A DNA stretch of 64,000 bases from a virus (lineage: Duplodnaviria; Caudoviricetes). Of the stretch, positions 57,070-64,000 are shown piece by piece. Position numbers and translations under genes: made by a program. A model generated the notes under the pieces. It had not been told where the DNA came from, did no database searches, and saw only the letters and a program-made list of their open reading frames with translations. The stretch covers positions 1 to 64,000 of the IMG/VR virus record IMGVR_UViG_3300009103_000014; one strand, 5' to 3'. Every line of letters begins with the position of its first letter. Position 1 is the stretch's first letter.

Positions 57070-57588
57070 CTATTTATTATCTTTTGTGTCATTTTTGCTA
57101 AGAATTCTCTCTAATAACTCGTTACGATTTAATATAGTTGCTTCGCCAGTTTCAGCACCATCACCTAGTTTACCCATATCACGGTCTATTCTAGCGTCTA
57201 AGGCCTTCTTACGAAGCTGTAATTCTACCATTTTTAGCTTTTTATCTATCTTAGCCTGCTTGGCATTCAATGTAATAGTTAACATTTTACTAGCTGTATC
57301 AAATATTTGTCCACTAAATCTAGCTTCTACGTTCATACCTAAGTCCATTAGGTTATTAAAAGAATCTTCTGCCTTGCCGGCAATTTCATCCATTTCTTTA
57401 TCATTTGCTGTTAAATTCTCAACTCCTGCCAATGCTGATTCAATAGTATCTACTTGTTTTAACTCTTTTTCTACTTTATCTACTGTTTCCAAAGACTTAT
57501 GTGGATCAACCTCTTCAGGGAGAGCTGTACTATCATCTTTATCTACATTGGGGGCTATATTTAGAAGCTCTTCTAGTTTTTTTGTCAT
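57070..57588 (-). CDS. Helical protein, candidate terminase small subunit
   Basis: Size, coiled coil, C-terminal ILNRNELL and proximity to terL; function inferred only. Confidence 0.45.
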   Translation of the reverse strand: MTKKLEELLNIAPNVDKDDSTALPEEVDPHKSLETVDKVEKELKQVDTIESALAGVENLTANDKEMDEIAGKAEDSFNNLMDLGMNVEARFSGQIFDTASKMLTITLNAKQAKIDKKLKMVELQLRKKALDARIDRDMGKLGDGAETGEATILNRNELLERILSKNDTKDNK

Positions 57589-57616
57589 GTTTAAACCTTA
57601 TTAGTAATAAAGGTAT

Positions 57617-58063
57617 TTAGCGACGGCGTTTTCCTTGATGAAACAAATCGTTTTCTGTTACTACCCTAAAACGTATACCTTTTTGTTTACACCAGGCTGT
57701 TGCGGCCTCCCATTTAGCCATATTTTGTACTACAGCCATTTGTCTATTTTTACTTTTACCAGCGGCTTCCATTGTGGATTGGTTACTAGGTTTAATTTCA
57801 ACTACTTCAGTTCTTTTCTTACCTTTAGCATCTTGATACTGTACAAAAAAATCTGGTACATAAGTTGTTGTTTTACCAGTTAAAGGATTTTTATAAGGAA
57901 TTCGTACAGCTTCACTGGCCCAGCCTATAACACCGTGACTATTATCACAAAACGTCATAAAAGCGTGTTCCCAGCTTGATCTATAAATTGGTGTTTTTGT
58001 GCCGGCGTATTTGTCTGGATTCTTTAATGTGTATCGACCGCGGGCAACTCCCTTGCCTATCAT
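57617..58063 (-). CDS. Head completion nuclease (T4 gp4-like)
   Basis: KNPDKY, YRSSWE, WASE, YVPDF, VEIKP, NMAKWEAA, FRVVTE. Confidence 0.92.
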   Translation of the reverse strand: MIGKGVARGRYTLKNPDKYAGTKTPIYRSSWEHAFMTFCDNSHGVIGWASEAVRIPYKNPLTGKTTTYVPDFFVQYQDAKGKKRTEVVEIKPSNQSTMEAAGKSKNRQMAVVQNMAKWEAATAWCKQKGIRFRVVTENDLFHQGKRRR

Positions 58064-58443
58064 TCAATGATGTTCCTTAATACATTTGGGTTTGCTGTTC
58101 TAGAATTAGCGTATCCTAAGACACTAGTTTTTATTCTATAACTGTTTATAATAGCTATTAAATTTTTTTGTACGTCGTTAATATTTTCTGATTCTAATCT
58201 TTCTATTAAAGACATTATATCATATCCACCATTATAAGCAATCTCAAACAGACTATCTGTTAATGTACTTGCTGTTGTTTGATCATCATTTGTTTTTCTT
58301 AAAAAGAAAGATTTAACTGCTTGATGTTGTGCGGCATCAATAGATATATTTTGATTAAAATATCCATTAAAAAAATCTACTGTTTTTTCTTTTGATTCTA
58401 CGTTTTGATCTACGTTTGTACTAGCATATAAATTCTCAGCCAT
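58060..58443 (-). CDS. Hypothetical structural-module protein
   Basis: Coupled ORF in the tail operon. Confidence 0.7.
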   Translation of the reverse strand: MAENLYASTNVDQNVESKEKTVDFFNGYFNQNISIDAAQHQAVKSFFLRKTNDDQTTASTLTDSLFEIAYNGGYDIMSLIERLESENINDVQKNLIAIINSYRIKTSVLGYANSRTANPNVLRNIIE

Positions 58444-59993
58444 TATTCACCTGCCTCTGGAGTCCAAGTACTAGAATTATTCTTTTTAACAATATATGGT
58501 TCGCCGTCAATTTCTGCTAGTTCTGAACCTTTAGCAATTGATTGTCCTGTATAAGCTGTAGCGTCTTGATGAGGATTACTTGCTGTTCCGTATGTTGTGC
58601 TTCTCGAAGAAGCAGACGAAGAACTTAATTGTGTGTTTACTTCACCTTTACTAGTTGTTGCTCCACCTAATGTGTTTATTATTGTACCTGCGGCCGCACC
58701 AGCAATAACTCCTTTAACCATTCCTTTAATATCACCGTCCATGATAGCACCTGCGGCGGCTCCAACAATAAGAGATTTAGTCATTGTACTCATATTAAAT
58801 CCTGATTGTACTCTGCTATTTCCACCTTCTGGAACTCCCATTCCACCAAACTCCATCCCGCCAGCACTAGCAACTGATCCAGCACCACCACTCGCGTCAG
58901 CTTGTAAGTACGCCATTGGGCCAGCGGCAAACGGTTGTGTACCTTGAACAGCATTTCCGTCTTCACCAGTAACTGTGCCTGTGCCTGTTATAAAATTCGT
59001 TTTAGGTAATGGGTTAAATTTTCTTGCGACGCTTTGACCGGCTGATCCTGGGAAGGCAAATGGATTTTCACCTTTTAATGCTTTACGAACTCCCTGACTT
59101 ATTTCAGAATTTACAAAACTTTTTAAATCAACATTTTGGAAATTTTGAAATGTTCTTAAACCTTGTATTGCGGCACTTCCAAATTTTCCTGAAGCTAAAT
59201 CCTGAGACATTTGTCCAGTAGCATCAAATAAACCGCCTACACCAAATAATGATGTTGTACCTCCGCCTTCTGGCGACAATGGACTTGCTTTTTTATCATA
59301 GTGTAAATCACCAAAGCCTGTCGGCGAACCTACACCACCAATAAAACCAGTAGCATATTTTACAAGTTCATATTCAACTTGCATTATATTTTCTAATACA
59401 TCACTTTGACTATGATCATGACTGTCATGATTATAATTTGTTAGTAATGGATTAATTAATGTGTATTCTGTAAACTTTTTACCGTATATACTATAAATTC
59501 TTATATCATCAAAAAACGGTTCGTGATTTGCTCTTTCATAACCAAACATTCTAGCAACTCTAGGGCCATATGTATCTTTATACCTATAAGTAGCGAAATT
59601 TTCATATGCTTGATCAGTATAGTAATAATCCATGTAAGCATACCACATATTTCGTGATATGTCTGCCATATCATCGTGTATTCGTATGTTTATAGGATTA
59701 AAATTTAATTTAGATTGAATATTTCTGACACGATTGTATTGATTCATCTGAGTTGTGTCAAAAGTGTATGTTGGTAATTCAACTGATTTTACCAACATAC
59801 TTATTTCTCTTTTTGTTTCGTCTTTTACTATAGCCGCCGCTGTTGGCGACAAGTTAAACACGACATAAAATAAAAACTTTTGCTTCGGTGCTAACCTAAA
59901 ATTACCATCTCTAAAAGTTCTAGAGGCGTGTTGGTAATCTCTTATAGCTTTCCGACCGGTTAAGGCATTAAGAAAAGCGTTCATGCTCCCCAT
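58443..59993 (-). CDS. Tail-tube-like/baseplate protein with Gly-rich C-terminal extension
   Basis: N-terminal tube-fold pattern (VKSVELP, NQYNR, INIRIHDD, YTLINP); follows the tube gene. Confidence 0.7.
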   Translation of the reverse strand: MGSMNAFLNALTGRKAIRDYQHASRTFRDGNFRLAPKQKFLFYVVFNLSPTAAAIVKDETKREISMLVKSVELPTYTFDTTQMNQYNRVRNIQSKLNFNPINIRIHDDMADISRNMWYAYMDYYYTDQAYENFATYRYKDTYGPRVARMFGYERANHEPFFDDIRIYSIYGKKFTEYTLINPLLTNYNHDSHDHSQSDVLENIMQVEYELVKYATGFIGGVGSPTGFGDLHYDKKASPLSPEGGGTTSLFGVGGLFDATGQMSQDLASGKFGSAAIQGLRTFQNFQNVDLKSFVNSEISQGVRKALKGENPFAFPGSAGQSVARKFNPLPKTNFITGTGTVTGEDGNAVQGTQPFAAGPMAYLQADASGGAGSVASAGGMEFGGMGVPEGGNSRVQSGFNMSTMTKSLIVGAAAGAIMDGDIKGMVKGVIAGAAAGTIINTLGGATTSKGEVNTQLSSSSASSRSTTYGTASNPHQDATAYTGQSIAKGSELAEIDGEPYIVKKNNSSTWTPEAGE

Positions 59994-59999
59994 GGCGCC

Positions 60000-60626
60000 T
60001 TACCCCGTAATAACTTGTCCTGCCGCTCTAGCCACTGCCGCGCCTATACCTGCTCCGCCGGCTCCAGCTGGTAATTGTACCGCATTATCAAATCTAATTG
60101 ACATAGTAACACTTGCTGGTTCTGATGAAGCATAGTTCAAGTCATTGTAATTAACATTCTCAATATAACAACCATATAGTTCCCACTCTTCTAATGAAGT
60201 AGGAGCAGATGATCCGTTACCGCCATCTAATAGCTCAAATCTTGTTAAGAACTTATAATCAATACCAGCTGAAGCTGATGCTTGTTCCATGAAGTCAAAT
60301 TGCTTCTGAACTTGCTCGCCTACTAGTTTTGATACATTACTTGAAACGTCATCTCTTATATTAACTGTAACGGGGTCCCACGTATGTTTCCCAATTATAT
60401 TAATCTTAGAGTTATAAACATCTACAGGAATTTGCTCAAAGTTAACGCTTGGACGGGTTACATCCATAACCTGTTTTGTAAGTTCTGCTCTTGAAGTAGA
60501 TACTCCAAAATTCTCAAAACTCACTCTAAAGCGATATTTAAGTTTTGGCATAAGCAGACCTTGTGAACTTGCACTTTGTCCGCCTGCTAGTGGAACAGTA
60601 AACTTGTTTAATGAACTTACTGACAT
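60000..60626 (-). CDS. Tail tube protein (gp19-like)
   Basis: PKLKYRFRV, VTRPSV, GKHTWDPV, WELYGCY, IRFDNA; follows the sheath; TAAATA at 60652-60657. Confidence 0.9.
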   Translation of the reverse strand: MSVSSLNKFTVPLAGGQSASSQGLLMPKLKYRFRVSFENFGVSTSRAELTKQVMDVTRPSVNFEQIPVDVYNSKINIIGKHTWDPVTVNIRDDVSSNVSKLVGEQVQKQFDFMEQASASAGIDYKFLTRFELLDGGNGSSAPTSLEEWELYGCYIENVNYNDLNYASSEPASVTMSIRFDNAVQLPAGAGGAGIGAAVARAAGQVITG

Positions 60627-60675
60627 TTGTACGTCTCCTTTATTATAATATTATTTATCATATCTTTCGACCTAT

Positions 60676-60702
60676 AAATTAGGCGGCATAACCGCCTAAT
60701 TT
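60676..60702 (-). terminator. Hairpin terminator after the tail sheath gene
   Basis: 11-bp stem AAATTAGGCGG/CCGCCTAATTT. Confidence 0.8.
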
Positions 60703-60717
60703 AATTGATTCAATTAA

Positions 60718-63700
60718 TTATACCCCTGATATAGACCCAGTATTCTGTATTCTTACTGGAATGTATATAAACTCAACACTCTTAACAGGTTCAACAGCAA
60801 CGTCAATATATAATTCGTTTCTATCTATTCTGTCTGATGTGTTATTAGTTTCATCACAAACTACCAAGTAGTCGTATAATCCACGTTTAGCAACCAAGTC
60901 ATTCATTAGTGACTCAACAACACCTTTAACTTCATCTCTAGTTAACTTGTCGTTTGGTTCAAATACAAATGGTTTTGTAATTTCGCCTAGTCTTTCTCTA
61001 ATATAAGCTACTAATCTAGCAACGTTAATTCTGTCTAACGCTGAAGCAGAGCTATGTCTTGTTTTGTTACCAAAGTTTAATATACCTACACCTGGGAAAA
61101 ATGATATAGGATTAATTTTATTTTCATATAACGTATCTCTTAAAGATTCTCTAATACCTACAGTTTGGAATTCACCTGTCGCTTTGTCAATGTGACCCAA
61201 TGCTGTAGCATTATCTACGCCACCTCGTCTAGTACCAGCTGGAGCAAACCAAGGAAAACTAGCATCATCTGAACGTAATATTGTTCTCAATGCCATGTGT
61301 GTAGGCGGAACAACAACTTTGTTTCCGTCTAAGTCTGTTGTGTTACCCGCTGGATAAAACACACCTTGATAAGTGTCTGCTGTAACTAGTCCATCTTCAT
61401 CATTGTCAATAGCTAATTTAGTATTACTAGCCCAGTTCTGAATATCAGTACTATTTGGTGCTAATCTAAATGGAGCATCTCCAAGAATAAAGCCAGTGTT
61501 ACGTCTTTCATTATTAAGAGCTACTAGGTTAGCCATAAGTTCTGGATATCCAGGAGCAACTAATAAGTTAAAGTTACGTTGTTCTTCACGAATCTCTGCT
61601 GATGTTTTAACAGCTGACTTCATAGCTGATACAACAACGTTACGTTGAGCAAATCTGCCCATAAACGGTGAACCATCATTTTTCAATCCTGAAGTTGTTA
61701 CCCAAGCATTTGTTTCTGTAGGTAAAGTTTCACCTGCGAAATCAGTAGCATTAAAGTAACTCTTAGTATATTTTTTAACACAATTCGAGCTTCTTCTTAA
61801 GTTATATGCTAGTGTGCCTTTTGGATATAAGGCGGCACTTGGAGCATCTAAGTCTAAGTAGTCACTCTTTAACAATGTTTTTGTTGATGTCATTGATGAT
61901 GTTGTTACATCATCAGTACCACTATCATGGAATCTAAAGTCAGCAAATACAATACCATCTTCAGTAGTTTGGTCAGCATTATCAATCAATACCCATTTAT
62001 CTTCACCAGATACACTTTCGTATCTGTTAAGTTTAGGATAAGCATCTAAATCTGAACTGTCTAACCATAAGTCACCATATACCAATGCTGTCTTATCTGA
62101 CTGGGCTGTGGGCTCACTTGCTGAAACAATTACACCATTTGGTGAAGTGTTTGACAAGTTAAAACCTCTAGCATCAGAAGTAACATTTTGGTAACCTTTC
62201 CAAGCTGACCCATCATGTATCATTACATCAACTTCATCTACAGCCGCACTAAACCAAAGTCTTCCATCTGCTGGATCGCTAGTTGGTTGTGTGTTTGAAG
62301 CTGTATATGTGTAAGTTTTCCAATTTGATATAATAAGATCACTGTTATTACCTGATCTTACTGTATCGTCGTCTGTACTAATACCAGCGTCAGCTATCGG
62401 AGTACCACTTGTATCTTTAACTACAATAACACCACCTAAATCATGTGTTAAAGTAATTTTATTAGTAGTAGTATCTCTTGATACTGATAAATTGGAAATG
62501 TTTTTAGCTGTTAAGTCTGCTACAAACGTTTCAGCAGTTGTACCACTCATAGTAACTGTTACTGCCGCTGGTAAAGTTGCTGTCTTATCTGAAACTTGAA
62601 TTGTGAACGTTTCAGACGCTGTAAAGCTAGGACTATCAACACCGCTCGCTGTAGTAACTCCTTTGGCGTGTCTAGTATAGAATCTATATCCTACTCTTCC
62701 GTTGTCTGCTGGATCGTATTTTACATACATAGTATCAGCTTCAACATTTAATCCGCCGCCTGCTTTATCTAAACCAAAGTTAGCTGATTGATCATTTTGA
62801 TAAATCGGAGCTGTTAACGTTTCAAATAAAGAAGTATTAGAGTTATATTTTTTCAAACTAACATTAGCACCTAAGTTAGGTGTAGTAGTTTTAATCCACA
62901 TAGCACCACTTGGTCTAGTGTAAGTATCTGCTGTTTTCCATTCAGGTACGCTAGTGTGAGCCGCTACTGTTAAAATAGGGCCATAATAAGTACCAGCAGT
63001 TAACCCACAGACTGTGAGGATTGTACCTGTGCCGTTCGCTAGTACGATTGTAGCATTAGCTGTTGAATCTCCACCTGATGAACTATCAGCATAAATCTGT
63101 AATTTGTTATTAACTACATCAGCAGTAACTCCAGTTAATGAAGCACCGTTAATATCTGATGCCATTGTAGTAACTGTAGTTCCTGAAGCTGTAACAACAT
63201 TACCATTAATAGAAATTGTATTACCAGCAACAATAGTTGGTGAACTTTCTGTTCCTGCTATTGTTGGGAATGATTTCTGCCAAGTAGATGTTCCAACTTG
63301 TGTCCAAGCATTGTTAGACTTTTTGTAAAATAACGGGTTTTGTGTATTAGTAGCATCAATGGCGTAATCGCCTATTGATCCAAAAGCCGCTTTAGGAACT
63401 GAACCGGAAATATCATTTGAATCTGTAATAACTTTTGGTACTTTGTTTTCGAACTTCTGTGTAGAAGCATTCCAAACTTGGACACCAAATAATGTTTTAC
63501 TAGTATCAAACCATTGTGTATTTGCCGCTGGTGTTCCTGTAGGTCTTCCAGCTGATGTAATTATTTCTGATAAATCTACATCTGCTCTTAATACATAAGC
63601 TCTGTTACTAACACCTAATACGCTGTAGGCCGCTAATAATCCGTACTCGTTTGGTTCAATACCATGTAACGGAGTACCACTTGTATTCTTATAAAAATTA

Positions 63701-63918
63701 GGCTCACCGTAGGTTGTCACCAACTCTCTTTGAGACCCAATTAAATATGTTTTTTCTGCATTTGCTTTAGTAGTACCTGCCGCCGTTGCGGTGCTTGTAC
63801 CACTAGTTTTGTCTTGGGCTGTGGCGATAACAATTAACGGAATCGTTCCAACTGCCGTTGGAGCGTATTGCGATTCGTCTGTTACACTAACCTGTATGCC
63901 CGGTGATATAAGTGCCAT
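60718..63918 (-). CDS. Contractile tail sheath protein (gp18-like, large insertion)
   Basis: ALISPGIQVSVTDES, PWFAPAGTRRG, LYENKINPI, RINVARL, FVFEPND, VEPVKSVEFIYIP. Confidence 0.96.
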   Translation of the reverse strand: MALISPGIQVSVTDESQYAPTAVGTIPLIVIATAQDKTSGTSTATAAGTTKANAEKTYLIGSQRELVTTYGEPNFYKNTSGTPLHGIEPNEYGLLAAYSVLGVSNRAYVLRADVDLSEIITSAGRPTGTPAANTQWFDTSKTLFGVQVWNASTQKFENKVPKVITDSNDISGSVPKAAFGSIGDYAIDATNTQNPLFYKKSNNAWTQVGTSTWQKSFPTIAGTESSPTIVAGNTISINGNVVTASGTTVTTMASDINGASLTGVTADVVNNKLQIYADSSSGGDSTANATIVLANGTGTILTVCGLTAGTYYGPILTVAAHTSVPEWKTADTYTRPSGAMWIKTTTPNLGANVSLKKYNSNTSLFETLTAPIYQNDQSANFGLDKAGGGLNVEADTMYVKYDPADNGRVGYRFYTRHAKGVTTASGVDSPSFTASETFTIQVSDKTATLPAAVTVTMSGTTAETFVADLTAKNISNLSVSRDTTTNKITLTHDLGGVIVVKDTSGTPIADAGISTDDDTVRSGNNSDLIISNWKTYTYTASNTQPTSDPADGRLWFSAAVDEVDVMIHDGSAWKGYQNVTSDARGFNLSNTSPNGVIVSASEPTAQSDKTALVYGDLWLDSSDLDAYPKLNRYESVSGEDKWVLIDNADQTTEDGIVFADFRFHDSGTDDVTTSSMTSTKTLLKSDYLDLDAPSAALYPKGTLAYNLRRSSNCVKKYTKSYFNATDFAGETLPTETNAWVTTSGLKNDGSPFMGRFAQRNVVVSAMKSAVKTSAEIREEQRNFNLLVAPGYPELMANLVALNNERRNTGFILGDAPFRLAPNSTDIQNWASNTKLAIDNDEDGLVTADTYQGVFYPAGNTTDLDGNKVVVPPTHMALRTILRSDDASFPWFAPAGTRRGGVDNATALGHIDKATGEFQTVGIRESLRDTLYENKINPISFFPGVGILNFGNKTRHSSASALDRINVARLVAYIRERLGEITKPFVFEPNDKLTRDEVKGVVESLMNDLVAKRGLYDYLVVCDETNNTSDRIDRNELYIDVAVEPVKSVEFIYIPVRIQNTGSISGV

Positions 63919-63962
63919 TTTTTGTCCTCACTAATAAGTTTGTTATATCTTTTTTATAAGTG

Positions 63963-63968
63963 TATTTA
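63963..63968 (-). promoter_or_regulatory. T4-late-like promoter core TAAATA (representative of about 20 intergenic copies)
   Basis: The same hexamer recurs shortly upstream of most structural genes. Confidence 0.7.
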
Positions 63969-64000
63969 CCAATAATGTTGAAAAAGGCTCTAAATAAAAG

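Noticed and set aside
57617-58063. TnsA-like nuclease as a transposon
   Set aside because: Motifs and structural-gene context fit the gp4 head completion protein; no transposon ends or TnsB/C.
1-64000. tRNAs, introns/inteins and alternative genetic code
   Set aside because: No cloverleaf or intron recognised by eye. NrdA, TerL, UvsW and UvsX appear uninterrupted, and genes pack tightly under the standard code. A covariance-model scan was not possible.

Overview
This AT-rich 64-kb window is part of a large T4-related (jumbo-type) myophage genome, with most genes on the minus strand and the standard genetic code. Core genes include tail sheath and tube, gp4 head-completion nuclease, large terminase, gp32 SSB, UvsX/UvsY/UvsW, a gp62-like clamp-loader subunit, a miniature DnaE-like polymerase, ThyX and a partial class Ia NrdA. 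An alphaproteobacterial-type FdxA, an AapJ-like binding protein and the low GC suggest a marine alphaproteobacterial host such as SAR11 (inference only). Accessory blocks are a putative internal-head-protein cluster (5-15 kb), a glycan/methyl modification island (26-41 kb) and a TctA/TctC transporter cluster (44-51 kb). Two promoter classes are visible: sigma70-type, and T4-late-like TAAATA, several of which imply leaderless mRNAs. The most striking signals are (i) an AAA-ATPase gene whose stop-codon region is an exact 11-nt complement of its own Shine-Dalgarno region, (ii) an A9 slippery site that appears needed to express a complete P-loop kinase as a fusion, (iii) putative capsid-targeted enzyme cargo including a KxDG ligase-like protein, and (iv) AGGCA triplet leaders shared by two unrelated genes. 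All protein calls come from motif recognition by eye; no database search was run.
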